A DNA stretch of 63,750 nucleotides, filler included, from Olpidium bornovanus S191 (GCA_017911155.1; 27 parts of 27 records of this genome joined end to end with filler, not necessarily neighbours in it), one strand, 5' to 3'; positions 23,058 through 35,477 are shown, counted from the whole stretch's first letter. Notes: generated from the sequence alone by a model not told the origin. Numbers and translations: made by a program.

Positions 23058-24912
23058 ATGTCCTCTTCGAAGAAACGGAAGGAGCCCGAGGACTCGGAGG
23101 TCAGGCCGACGCAGCCGGCCAGGACTCCGTCGCTCGCCGGCACTTCTCCGCCCGCGTCCGCCGAGGTTGACCGGACGCCGCCCGGCGGCGAATTCTCCGG
23201 GCCGGTGCGGACCGTGGATATGGCGTACGCATTTGCGACCGCCGCGCTCCCGGCGCTCTCCGCGCAAGCGCTGCAGCGGAAGCTTGCACACTCGCTGGAC
23301 AGGACCACGAAAGACGTCGTGGAAGTGGTCGAGCCGCTCTGCGGCGATCTGCGTGCGGCGAGGGACGCGGCGGCTGCGCAGGGGGCGGCGGTGACCAACC
23401 TATTCACGACCGAAACTGAGCTGGCACTCAGAAGAGTGCTGCTCAAGTTGTGTGTAAGTGTACCGCATCGAACGAGGTGCGGGGTTCTCTCGGGACACGG
23501 TGTTTCTTTGGGTGTGACGTTTGGTCGTGCCAGGTGATGCCAGGTGGTTAAAGGCCATGTTGCCCGTCGAACGGCAGGAAACTGTGTCTGAGGACGAAGC
23601 TAGGCAGGTCACTGACTGCCTGGACCTCGCGCTTTATCTGCGCGAGGAAGGTATGAGAGAGTCCGTCTGAGCGAAGAAGTGCGGCGCCCAACGGGAAAAC
23701 CTGCACGTTCGCCCATAGGCGGCTCACATTGCCGGTCGGTCTCCTCTAGGTTACTTGCACCCGAACGCTCCCATGACTGCGATCGAAGAGATTTTTGAAA
23801 CTGTGACCATCCAGGATGCCTCCACTATATTCACTTACCTGGAAAGACGAAAGGATATTTTAACAAAGGTAACAAGCCGGCCCCACGTTAATTTCGAGTG
23901 GTTGTGGCCTTTGCCGAATGTTTTTACTCATTTCTGTTTTACTCATATTTTTTGGGCTGGAATCTGCCGATTTTAGAATATGGACCCGAAAAGGGGAATA
24001 GGGATTATCCTGTTGCGCGTCTGCAACGAGTTGAAGAAGCGATTATCGAGAACCAAGGACGCCGAGTTTGCCGGCCGAATCTCGTATCTGCTTGCTGAGG
24101 TTTACCCTCTCAGCGAACGGTCAGGTGACCCACGAACGCCGTGAAGCTTTTGACCCTCCCAAACCGCTAACATCACCAAATTTAACGTGTGCCACTTTTT
24201 ATTGCGCCCGGCAGCCATCAACCTGCGCTGTGAGTTTAACGTCGACAACGTGACCCTATACGAGGACTCTGCGGATCAGGACGACGTATATGCCCGGTTT
24301 TGGGGACTGCAGAAGTACTGCTCGAATCCGCCAAGTTTATTGAAAGACGACGAGGCGTTTGAGAATTTTAAAAAGGTGATATGCCTCTGGCAAACGCCAG
24401 GTCACTATAATTTTGATAACCTTTACTCATCTTCCTTTTCTAACCCGTTGCGGTATGTGGCAATTTTGCTAACTTACGTCAGGGGCTGGACGTTACACTG
24501 CATGAGTTTCGGCGATTTGCCCAGCGTGATCTGGAACTGGCAGGATTTTATTCGGATGACGCTGAGACACATGCGGGGCATTCGTCTTCCTTGTCCTCTG
24601 GGCCGTCCTCGTCTTCAAAGCGACATCAGAAGCTGAGCGTAGATGACGTGATTATGGAGGCCGATGCCAAAGAAGCCCGTGCCAGGCTCACTGGAGCAGT
24701 GAAGAAGGACGCGTTCTTTCCTAAGTATCTGACTGCGAGGAACATTACGAATCAGGAGGTCAGGGAAAACCGTGCTGTGGCGATATGAGCACATGTTTTG
24801 CTAGCAACTGACGGCCTGGCAATAATCAGATGGCAGACATATCATTTCGGCGCCGTGTCCTCCTGCAGCTCTACTTCATCCTCGACTATCTTCTGACCTG
24901 TACCCAACAGCG
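23058..24912 (+). CDS. THOC1: THO complex subunit 1 (THOC1/Hpr1), N-terminal part, multi-exon; 3' partial
   Basis: IFTYLERRK, GIILLRVCNELKKRLSRTKDAEFAGRI..VYPLSERS, INLRCEFNVDNVT..YARFWGLQKYCSNP, FFPKYLT, ISFRRRVLLQ. Phase-compatible GT-AG introns. Confidence 0.88.
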
Positions 24913-25012
24913 NNNNNNNNNNNNNNNNNNNNNNNNNNNNNNNNNNNNNNNNNNNNTTAATTAATTAANNNNNNNNNNNNNNNNNNNNNNNNNNNNNNNN
25001 NNNNNNNNNNNN

Positions 25013-26434
25013 CATGAACTCCTGCTGGCAAAAAGCCATTCCCCGTCAGCACGGGCAAAAGTTCCGGAAATCTCCGCGCAGAGAACAAGTCCAGCGCACT
25101 CTTCGTCGCGCTCGACTTCCCTATGTTCCCGAACGGCAGTCCCGCAACTTCCGCGCACCAAAGCAGAACTCCCATTTACCCAGGTTCTTGCTGCCTTTTT
25201 CCTTTTCTTCGGCCTTCTTCTTAGGGCAATCCCGATTGAAATGGCCGGGTTGGTCGCACTTGTAGCACCGCGGTCCTCTTTCGCTCCCCCCGGCTCCTGA
25301 TTTCTTCTTATTTTTGTCGGCGTCCCCTTTTCCGCGGCCGACCGCCGCGAGAGCGCTTCCGAATGAAGAATCTTTTCGACGACGACTTACGTCGGCTTCT
25401 CGAAGGACGGAAATTGTTTCTGCTAGGGACGGGGTCCTCCAGACGCCGGTCTTGTCGTCCCTGCGCGTGTTCGTTTCCAATGCGTCGATCGTCGTTCGGA
25501 ATAGATGCCGCGATCCCATGAGCAACACGTCCCGAGTCTCCCTCTCCCAATCTCGGACGCTATCTTCGCTCTGGTCTCGCAGCCGACGAACGGCGCCCTT
25601 TACGCGCAGTGTGAATTTATCGAAGGTCTCGGCGTCGTCCATTGTCATGGTGTATACCTCCTTTTTCAGTTCGAGGCGTGCCGACAATCCGGTATTCTCG
25701 AAGTGGGACGAAAACGCCTCCCAAGCCTCGGCGGACGTTTTGGTCCCGTCGAGAAGGGGTTTGTATGGGTCACTGGTATGCAGGAATATCTCCCCGTACG
25801 CTTCGTCGTCAGTGATTTGCCATTCCTGCGCGTCCTCCCGGGGGCATGGTTGCCCCCCCGACACCACTTGCCAGAGCCTTCGGCGCATCAGAACCGCCCT
25901 CATGTTAGCTTTCCAGGAGTGCCAGTTATCCTCTGCCAACGGGGCGATTGTCAGCCACACGCCCTGTAGCGCGGAGCCTTCTTCCATGGTTGGGCTTGGG
26001 TATCCTCGCTTGGAGTTGCCGCTCGCCTTCAGCTGGTCCGCCGGTCTGTCACGCGCTCTCTGCCGCGCGCTGCCCACCGGGCTGTCCGCCGGTCCGCCGC
26101 GCGCTGTCCACCTTGCGCTGCCCGCCGGGCTGTCCGCCGGTCCGCCGCGCGCTGTCCTCCGCGCGGTGTCCTTCGCGCGCTGCCCGCCGCGCGCTGCCCG
26201 CCGAGCTGTCCGCCGGTCCGCCGCGCGCTGTCCGCCGCGCGCTGCCCGCTGGGCTGTCCGCCGGTCCGCCGGTCTGCCGCGCGCAGCCCGCACAGTCCGC
26301 CGGTCGAGGGAACGATTCACGCTTCGGGCAGGATAGCCGCGTTGGGCATGAGAACGTGTTGTTTATTTGTTGTGCGCCGCAACGGTTGGTTTCTCTCCTC
26401 CCCGTGAGAGTACATGGAGTGGGTCACGTGACAG
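25013..26434 (-). mobile_element. Ty1/copia LTR retrotransposon, 5' part: LTR-like end, repetitive leader, Gag (ATG 25986) with CCHC knuckle, then frameshifted and degenerate protease start
   Basis: LAEDNWHSWKANMRAVLMRRRLWQVVSG, SAEAWEAF and CYKCDQPGHFNRDCP. In another frame WLFASRSS sits where WxLDSGA is expected. AATAAA..AACA at 26357-26370 on the minus strand. Confidence 0.85.
26020..26310. repeat. GC-rich degenerate minisatellite in the copia leader (CCGGTCCGCCGCGCGCTG-like units)
   Basis: Repeated motif is visible and gives the repetitive ORF translations here. Confidence 0.8.
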
Positions 26435-26706
26435 NNNNNNNNNNNNNNNNNNNNNNNNNNNNNNNNNNNNNNNNNNNNTTAATTAATTAANNNNNNNNNN
26501 NNNNNNNNNNNNNNNNNNNNNNNNNNNNNNNNNNACGGCTGGGACTGCAGCGTCCGCAACGCAAAAACCAAAAAAAAAAAAAAAAAAAAAAAAACAAAAA
26601 AACAAAAAAAACAAACAAGAAAAGCGCCGACGCTGCGCACGGGGGAGGACGGGGACGGGGACGGGGCTGCAGGGCACAACCAGACGTGGCCAAAGGGAAA
26701 GAGCTC

Positions 26707-27770
26707 ATGTATCCTGCCTAGGAGAACGGGAAGTCTTATGGTAGGTCACGGGGAAAGAGGAAACGCTGCCTTTCCCCCGACGGGGCGGCCGGGGTAGGCG
26801 CGGGCCGCCTTTTCCCGTTCTTTCTTCTTCCCTTCGCCCTCGGCCCCCTGCGCTTCCTACCAAGTTTGACCCTGCCGCCTGCAGGCGGTCTCCGGACTCC
26901 TGCCCGTGTTTATTGCTGTCCGAGTGTCGGCGTTCGTTTGTTTTTTTTTTTTTTTAGCCCGCTCCGGCCCTGTTTTCCTCGCCTGTTCATTTGTCCCCAC
27001 CCCTCCCTGTCCCGGCCGTTTTTGCTGGGTTGACCGGACGGGAACGTCTGGGGAGGGGCCGCCGCCGTCCTTTCGCAGCCTTTTCCAGGTGTACGCGTTT
27101 GACCGTTTCGCGTTACGCCAGAATCTCTTTTCGCAGACCCGTTTGCGGACACCGCCGAAGACGACGCGGGGGAGACCTCGTGGTACGTACGTAAGATTGG
27201 CTGGGGCACGTCAGGGACCAGGCTGCTTGCATTGCTCGGGACGCCGCAGCTGGCTGGGATGATGTTTTCCGTGGTTTAGCGGGACTTGGGTCTCGTATTG
27301 AGTCGCCCACCTGCGATGACACAACTCAATATTTAATAGTCATAGTTACACTGAGCCACTGCTGTTTCTGCTGCTGAGCAGTAACAAAAAATTTTTTCTG
27401 CCGGTTTACTTACGTCCGCGCACCCCGAAACGTTAACATTCGTTGTTTTTTTGTTTTTGTAACATGGCGCGGAATTCCCCTCGAATCTCATCCCTTCCGC
27501 CTTGCCCGGCACGGCTCGTCCGGCTCTCCCCCCTCCTCGCCCCGACTTCCGCATCCAGCAGCGGAACGACCGCAAGCCCCGGACCACAGTCTAGGGTATC
27601 CCCGGCCGATTTTAACAGGCGGATGCCGCGTTTGCCTGCAATGGGACGCTGGTCCAACACGAAGACGTCGAGTTCATCCATTTCCAGGGAAAATAGGGAT
27701 TGGAAGGTTTTGAATCTCCTGGTCGAGGAAGGCATTTACAAGAATTACCAGATCAAGATGCACGGATTCT
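26707..27770 (+). pseudogene. SUI1: Unprocessed (intron-retaining) pseudogene of translation initiation factor eIF1/SUI1
   Basis: Exon 26707-26740 MYPA*ENGKSYD| (donor GTAGGT); exon 27137-27182 PFADTAEDDAGETS; 27547-27769 FRIQQRNDRKPRTTV*GIPGRF*QADAAFACNGTLVQHEDVEFIHFQG, then a 1-nt frameshift, NRDWKVLNLLVEEGIYKNYQIKMHGF. Stops at 26719, 27592 and 27613. Confidence 0.85.
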
Positions 27771-28628
27771 GTAAGTGTGCGGCGGGTGTCGAGCGGCGAC
27801 GACCACCGCAAGCTGCCGGCTGTGGGGCAAGGGAATGGTTCTCGTTTTTTTTCCTTGCTCCCCCTTCTCTCCAATATTCCCTCGCCCCCGTCCCCCCATC
27901 ACGCCTTCCATTTTAGGCCTCTAGGCCAACATGGCTTGTATCTGGATTTAGAACGCCCAATGTGATGCCAGTTATTTATCTCGCTTAGTGTCCTCTCCGC
28001 TGTTATTTTTTGGCGGTTATCATCGCCCGTTTCTCTTTCTCGTTTGATGTCGCGACGAGGGTTAGTTTCGCCTGTCGGCTATGCCGGAAAACTGTGTCTC
28101 TTTATGGACTGGCGTCACGTGTCCGACCCAGCCTTTTGCTTTTTCGCTTTATGCGGCGGCCCGGCGGTAACGACAGCTCGTGCGGCCAGCCATGTTGCCG
28201 AAGTGGCCACCCTGTCCCCTTCTTTCAGCAAGATTGGCCCCCGCCGCTGAGCCAAGCAAAAAGGCAACCGGCGTCCTCGCGGTCAACGCAGCGTTGGTTC
28301 CAGTTCGGTTGGAAATTCCCCAAAGTCTCGCCGACGCGGGAAGCCTGTTTGCCCGTGCGGGGAGCACGCGCGCCGCCGACCGTCTCCTCGCGCAGCCGGC
28401 GGGTTAGGGTTGAGCGGTTTCGCCCGCGCGCCCTTTCCTTCTTTCCCCTTTCCTCCTCTTTTTTTTTTTTTTTTTTTTTTTGCCCTCACCGCCCGCGCAC
28501 ATCCTGGTCAACCCCCTCTCGCCCTCCCCTCCCCGGAAACGGGCAAAACCGCCGGCGTAAAGAAAGAAAAAGGTTTTCTTCCGGCTTCCTCTTCGCCCTG
28601 CCGCTGTCTCGCGCGCCGCAAGCCGATC

Positions 28629-28678
<50 letters not shown>

Positions 28679-28802
28679 CCCTCCCGCCCCCCCCCNNNNN
28701 NNNNNNNNNNNNNNNNNNNNNNNNNNNNNNNNNNNNNNNTTAATTAATTAANNNNNNNNNNNNNNNNNNNNNNNNNNNNNNNNNNNNNNNNNNNNCAGAC
28801 CA

Positions 28803-28843
<41 letters not shown>

Positions 28844-29299
28844 ACGCCGCACGCCGCACGTCACCTCTCTTTTTCGCGTCTGCCGCGCGGCCCGCTGCCC
28901 GCCCGTCCCAGCAGCCTCCCGTCTCCGGCCCGCTGCTTGCCGCTTGCTGGGCGCGCACGCGCGCGCTACTTCTCCGTCGACCGAAGGTTCATTCAAAGGC
29001 GCGCTGTTTCGAAACGTGCGGCACGTGGGGAGGGCATTTTCTGCGAGTCGCACTTTGCCTGCTACCACAGGTCAGATTTCGCATCCGGCCGGCGAACGGG
29101 GAAAGCGATGTTTTGCGTCTCTTTCCCAAACGATTTTTTTTTTTTTTCGCCTGGCGATCTTGTGCGCAAGCAAACAACGCCTGCAAACAACGCGGAAACC
29201 AGAAAAAGAAAAAACGACGAACAATGTTTTTTTCCTCCGTTCTTTTCTCGCGGGAATGCCGGCAGGACGCGGGCGCATCCGCGAAACGAAAAAACACAA

Positions 29300-30063
29300 A
29301 TGCTCACGGCCCAAGATGAGTCGTCGGTGCGCGCCCGCGCCAACGCCGAGCGCGACGACCCGTCGTCTACCTCCGCCGTCGAGAGCGAGCTGGCGAGGTC
29401 TTCCGTCGTCGCGCTGTTCGGACGCGGCATCGAAAATCTGCCGGACGATCCCGTCGGCCAGTGTACGTAAAAAAAAATTGCGAGAGCTGAAACGGAGGAG
29501 GTGCGCCTGTTCTCGCCGGCCTTTCGGCCGTTCGTTCGTTGTCGTTTCGTGTTCGGTCCGCGTAGCTTCGGGAACGAGGGTTTACTGCCCCGTTTTTGCC
29601 CACCTGTTTAATTAATTTTTTTGTCCACTGCACCCGGTGGGACCTGCTTTCTGTGACTTACCCAACTTTACAACCTGTTTTTTGTTTGTGTTTTTTTTTC
29701 TTTTCCACTGCACCCGCTGAACCTGCTTGCTGCGCGTTCTTTTTTTCCCTATCCTTTTTTTTCTTGCTGCAGGCCTCTCTATATGCCGGACGTACAACCT
29801 TTCTCCGGATGATCTATATTATAAATGGGAGGCTTTCGCAGCCACATCCTCTGGCAAAGATGCCGCATCGTCCGACCAGCTGACCAAGCAGCCGACGCGC
29901 GCCAACCTGGAAAGACTCCGCCTGGACATCGCCAAAGATGCGGAACGCGGCAAATTAGGCAAAAGCGACGGCAACGTCGCCGCTTCTGCGACTACGGCGT
30001 CCATCCAACCCCGACAGTCAGCGCAGCGCCTCAAGCGGACACAACTTCAGGATGATTTTCATG
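29300..30063 (+). CDS. POL12: DNA polymerase alpha subunit B (Pol12/POLA2), N-terminal domain; exons 29300-29462 and 29773-30063; 3' partial
   Basis: LFGRGIENLPDDPVGQ|CLSICRTYNLSPDDLYYKWEAF..NLERLRLDI matches the Pol alpha B N-terminal helical domain. Confidence 0.72.
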
Positions 30064-30163
30064 NNNNNNNNNNNNNNNNNNNNNNNNNNNNNNNNNNNNN
30101 NNNNNNNTTAATTAATTAANNNNNNNNNNNNNNNNNNNNNNNNNNNNNNNNNNNNNNNNNNNN

Positions 30164-31150
30164 CATGATGAACACGCGGCGGACGTAAAGCTTGATGTTG
30201 TTGCGCTTCCGCTTCGACTCGAACAGGTCGAACGGTGCCCGCTTCGGGCAGAACAGGATGGCGCGGAATTCCAGCTGGCCCTCGACGGAGAAGTGCTTCA
30301 CAGCCAGATGGTCTTCCCAGTCGTTGGTCAGGGCCTTGTAGAAAGACCCGTACTCCTCCGCGGTGATGTCCTGAGGGTTCCGAGTCCAGAGCGGCTTCAT
30401 CTTGTTGAGCTCTTCGGTCTCCTTCTTCATTTCTTTGATCTGCCGAGCAGGAGGTTAGCCGGAGTCGGCACGAGCATCCCGGGATGCCGGAAGCGTCCGG
30501 GCAAGACGCAGAACCCCTGCGTCGCCAATGGCCCACCTTCTTGGTCTTGGTCTTCTTCTCCTTCTCCTCTTCCTCGTCCTCGACCTCTTCGATCTTGGCC
30601 TTGTCCTTGTCCTCGTCCTTCACCTCTTCTTCCTTCGTCTCCTCCTCATCTTCGACTTCCTTTTCCCCCTCCTTTTCCACGACCAGCTGGATGGGGTAGC
30701 CGATGAACTCGGAATGCTTCTTGACGATGTCCTTGATGCGGCGCTCCTCAAGATACTCCATCTGGTCCTCCTTCATGAAAAGCCGGATGGCCGTGCCGCG
30801 GAGAAGGGGCTCGCCGGCGGCCTCGCGCGCGATTGTGAAGGTGCCGCCCGCGGCGGACTCCCAGACGTACTGCTCGTCGTCGTTGTGCTTGGTGATGACC
30901 TGCACCTTGTCGGCGACCAGGTAGGCGGAGTAAAATCCGACACCGAACTGCCCTATCATGGAAATGTCGGCACCGCTGGAAAGAGCCTCCATAAACGCCT
31001 TGGTCCCGGACTTTGCGATGGTGCCGAGGTTGTTCACAAGGTCTGCCTTCGTCATACCGACACCGGAGTCCTGGATGGTCAGAGTCTTGTTCGCCTTGTC
31101 AGGAATGATGCGGATGAAAAGTTCCTTCTGCGCGTCAAGCTTCGTGGGGT
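30164..31150 (-). CDS. HSP90: Cytosolic Hsp90, internal fragment; exons 31150-30537 and 30439-30164
   Basis: [92 protein letters not shown]. Confidence 0.98.
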
Positions 31151-31273
31151 CTGTGGAAACCGGAGCGGGGCGTGCGCGTGCGTGTGCGCGCGTGTTTGCG
31201 TGCGCGGGTGGGGGGGGGGAACCCGGTTAAAGTACGGAAATACAGGCGGTGGGGCGGCGACAGACGCAGGACA

Positions 31274-31305
<32 letters not shown>

Positions 31306-31944
31306 ACGCGTTCCGGTTCGCTTTCTCTCTCCCTCTCTCGCGTGCGGGGAGGCGGCGGCCGCGTGCTGGCGAGATCACGCCGCTGCAAAAAAAAAACAAA
31401 AAAAAAAATTCTTAATGCCCTCCGGCTTACCAGAGAGACAAATTGGGCCCGCCTGAAAAATGAAGAGCGGAAGGGCGACGCGTGGGATGGACACGATTGG
31501 TCCGCGCGCCCCCCCAAGCGGACCGTGCCCCGGCCCCCGGCCGCAGAACTCGTCGTGCTCGGGTGCGCCCGGCAGGGAAGAGAAAGAACGGGAACCCCGG
31601 CCGGTGTGCTCTTTGACGACTGCATCGCGCCCCCCCCCCCTCCCCCCTCCCCCCATGATGTCCCGGGACGGGCTGCCTCCCGGGATCCGGTCCGGCGGAA
31701 AGGGGTTCCGTGTAAACCACTCGCATCCCGACACGGGTCCCGTGGTAGCGGTCGCCGAGTGGTGCTGCCGCCCGNNNNNNNNNNNNNNNNNNNNNNNNNN
31801 NNNNNNNNNNNNNNNNNNTTAATTAATTAANNNNNNNNNNNNNNNNNNNNNNNNNNNNNNNNNNNNNNNNNNNNAAACGGTACACACCCGGTCATTTTTG
31901 CTGCGGTGGACACCGCCACCACCGCCGGCGGTCCTGCTACTCAC

Positions 31945-32698
31945 AACTTGGCTACCAGCTCCTTCAGGGAGGATAACTGCCCTTCTCTGGTCATGATCTC
32001 GAACATTTTGGCGCGGATCTTGCGGATCTGTGCCGACTGCGCGTACGTCGTCTTACGGAGCTGGTTGGGGCGTCTCTTGGTGAAGGCGATGACAAACATG
32101 CGGAGTACGTAGCCGTCGGTGGTCTTGACGTCGACAAAGGCCTCGATGAGCGTTTGCCACTTCTTGACGAGGGAGCGCAGCTTGTCCGAAGTGAAGTCCA
32201 TGCCGTGGAACGAAGTGAGGCAGTTTTTCCCCTGGATCTCTTCAACCTTCAGGCGGATGCTGCGGAAATTGTGCGACTCCTCTTTCTGCAGGTCGGCAAG
32301 GTTGACCTGAACGACGCGTCCACGGAGGTAGTCGTTCGCGTTCTCTGCGCCACGGCAGGAACCTTTTTAAATGCCTAAATCTCTCCCGGGCTACAACTCT
32401 CGCGGGCAGTCCCTGCCCGCAGACCGGCTGAAAACCGCCACTCACTCAGGCCCTGGGTACGGTTGACAAGGGTCTTGCCGATGTTCCTGACCGCGAACAT
32501 CGACGGTGCCTTCAGGTCATACCAGTCCTTACGCGTGAAGGGGTCAACGCTGCACAATTGAGAAAATTTACCAGGGTAAGCCTATCGTGCCGCACCTCCT
32601 CCCTTCCGGCGGCGTGCGCGCGCGAAGTTCGCCACGTACACCTTCTTCTTAATTCCCTTCTTTCCCTTGGAAAGACGCTTGTTCTTGCCCACTGCCAT
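31945..32698 (-). CDS. RPS1: 40S ribosomal protein eS1 (Rps1/RPS3A); 3' partial, 3 exons present
   Basis: [20 protein letters not shown]|[28 protein letters not shown]|..[22 protein letters not shown]. Confidence 0.97.
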
Positions 32699-33110
32699 GT
32701 TGGAAACCTGCGTATCGCGACGATGCCCGTCGGGGATCAGCGGCGCGCGCACACATGTCCGGACGTTTGACGGAGTGAGAAGGGGGGGGGGCCGGGGGGA
32801 GCTTCCGGCGGCGGCAGGGACACTTAGAATTCGCGCCGGCGACGCAGCGGCCTCTCCCGCGCACCGGTAACGTCTACTTGTGGTCGGCGCCGAGGGGAGG
32901 CGGCGAGGCGGGAGCGGACGAGGAGGCCCAGCGAGGAAGGAAGAAGCGGCGGGCGCGAGGCGGCGGAAGGGCCGCGCAGACACGGGGCAGGCCGAGCCCT
33001 GGCGGCGGCGGGACGGTCGCGCGGATGGCGGCGGGGATGGGATCGGCGGGCGGGGCGAAACGAGGACGCCCGGGGCGCCCGACGACGACTTCTCCGATGT
33101 TACCTCTTCT

Positions 33111-33150
<40 letters not shown>

Positions 33151-33257
33151 CTCCACCNNNNNNNNNNNNNNNNNNNNNNNNNNNNNNNNNNNNNNNNNNN
33201 NTTAATTAATTAANNNNNNNNNNNNNNNNNNNNNNNNNNNNNNNNNNNNNNNNNNNN

Positions 33258-33747
33258 CATGATCACATTGCTCTTGAAGACTTCGACGCCAACTGGGCTG
33301 GCGATGCCGAAGATCAAAAAAGGGCACACCTTCAATCTTGTCGGCACTGCTGTTCACTGGCGGTCCATTAAACAAAACTGTGTGTTGCTTTCGACTGTTG
33401 AAGCAGTAAAATTCCTTTTTTTGAGATTGACCGCGATGTGCTATGGCTGCATCACTTACTGGTGGAGATCAGCTACTCTGGCGCGCGCAAGCCACTCGTA
33501 ATCTTTACGGACAACAGAGGCACTGAGCTGCTGACGAATGGTATGGAAGGATCTTCACAAACAAAACGCATCAACGTCAGGGTCTGCCTCGCGCGTCAGA
33601 CCGTTTATGACAGTGAAGTCATTCGACAACCGTGTTCCATCCGAACTCAACCCGGCTGACGCACTTACCAAAAGGCTCGTGAAGAACCGCTTTCAAAACA
33701 TCTGTCGTGAGACAATGGTCATTTGCCCATCGACTTGCCTGGCGTGA
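33258..33747 (+). mobile_element. Degenerate Ty1/copia RNase H (pol 3' end), frameshifted
   Basis: VHWRSIKQNCVLLSTVEA, IFTDNRG, TKRINVR and NPADALTK, spread over different frames. Confidence 0.75.
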
Positions 33748-34211
33748 GAACAAATCCGGCAATAAAACGGAAAAGCGGGTAAAGTAACGCGGCATTTCAA
33801 AAGGAAAAAGAATATTCCCGCTGCGGAAAAGAAATTTTCCTGAGGAAAATGAAGACGGAAACAAAAAGGGGTGATAGAAGAGGGAGAAAAAGGAGGACGC
33901 GTTTTATTGTCGATTTCGTTGCGAGGGGGTTAAATTGGGCTCATAACATCGTCAATTCCCTGCACACACCTGACGCTGTCCTTTGAGAAAAGAGTACCGG
34001 ACGCGTAAAAAGCTCTCCACGCACCGAAGACAAAATAGACGAAGAAAAAGAGGACTTGAGAAAGAAAACCGAATTGAATCTGATCTGTGTAGGTAAAAGC
34101 CGAAAATTATCGGAGTTTTTCCATAAAATAGCACGCTGACGCGTTTCAAAATCTTCCCTTTGCCTTTGGCTTTGGAGTCTTTTGCTTATCTTCTAAAGTT
34201 GCCGCAATGGA

Positions 34212-34367
34212 AAATTGCTTAGCGTACGTTGAAAGGCTATCCAGATAGCGCTTTTGGCCCTCAGCGTGAATCGTATCAAAAGCAAGGGAGGATTTTCCGG
34301 AACCACTTGGGCCTATGATGACACAAAAGCTCTCTCTAGGGATAAGGCATCGGATGCCTTTGACCAA
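34212..34367 (-). pseudogene. uvrA: Bacterial-type excinuclease UvrA N-terminal fragment (about 50 codons, Walker A region)
   Basis: [45 protein letters not shown] matches the UvrA signature IPR..[37 protein letters not shown]. Similarity ends after QF and a stop follows at 34146. Confidence 0.78.
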
Positions 34368-34677
34368 AGACTCACTCGGCAGCAAAAAAGGGCGTTTTCG
34401 TCCTACACCAATACCAACGTCCAACGACACAAAAACTTCCTTTTTCTCTATTTCGCACTTTATTTTCAGTTTTGCTTTTATCTTTCATTGTTGTACGTCC
34501 ATTGTCTATTCCCTGATATGCAGCTTGAGAAGGCGAAGGAAATGCAGTCTGGACACTCTCCGCCGAATGCGTAAAAACCAAGAACCAATGTCTCCAGTGC
34601 CTCCCTGGCCCCCACCTCCTCCAGCTGCTACTGCTGCTGCCTTCATAAATCTCAAGGTGGGGGAAGGCGGAGCGCGC

Positions 34678-34746
34678 CGCCTCCCCTGCGCCCCCCGCGT
34701 CGCCTCCCCTGCGCCCCCCGCGTCGCCTCCCCTGCGCCCCCCGCGT
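34678..34746. repeat. 23-bp tandem repeat x3 (CGCCTCCCCTGCGCCCCCCGCGT)
   Basis: Three consecutive near-exact copies. Confidence 0.9.
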
Positions 34747-35477
34747 CGCCGTCCGCAACCCGAAAGAGGGACTAGACCCGTTCCCGCGCGTGGTTCTGCT
34801 TCGCCTGCAGAACGGACGGCGTGGCGCGGCTTCAAACTGTGGTCCCTAGTTAGTGCCTTGGAGGCGGCAGAGCGCGCACTCGAGAAAGAAACGAGGGTTA
34901 GTTTTTTCTCAGCCGTACAGGGTGTGCACTATTGCGCCTTTCCGTTGCGAATACATGCGTCCTTGAACGTTGCGCACCGTGCCAACCAAAATAGGTGCAT
35001 AGTTATTAAGCGCAAGTCGGGCATGACCCCTCAGATTATAAGCCGAATTGCAAAAATTGGCCGCGAAACCGTACAATGCCAATGCCGCTGGGGCCAGCCT
35101 CCGACCAGCAAGCATGGCGAGGTGGGCAATTATGCACCTCAAACCCTTTGATGGTTGCCGCCCGCCAGAACTGCGTCTTCCTCCCCGCGGCAGATGCCTG
35201 CGCCGGTGTGTATGATACCTGGCTTTGGGGGCATGGGAGAGAAAGTACGGACTTTTCAAGACGAGGCAGTGCGAAAATTAAAGGGGTCACAATGCTGGAA
35301 TGCCTTGCTCCCAACAAAGGAAACGGCGTCCAATTGACAATCACGCCGCACAAAGCCCGTACGACACGGTAAGTTACGCAGATCGATCTCTCAAACACAT
35401 TTTGATTACTGGGGCACCAACATGCGGCGTTTTAGCGGGCGTTCGTACAAAAAATTTCCGTCCTTCCGACTGACGCA

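Noticed and set aside
27592-27594. TAG at a conserved Gln position of SUI1, suggesting TAG=Gln recoding
   Set aside because: The same locus has a TAA stop, a TAG at a non-Gln position, a deletion and a frameshift. Conserved genes here show no internal TAG, and TAG appears to end the REC-domain gene (44726).
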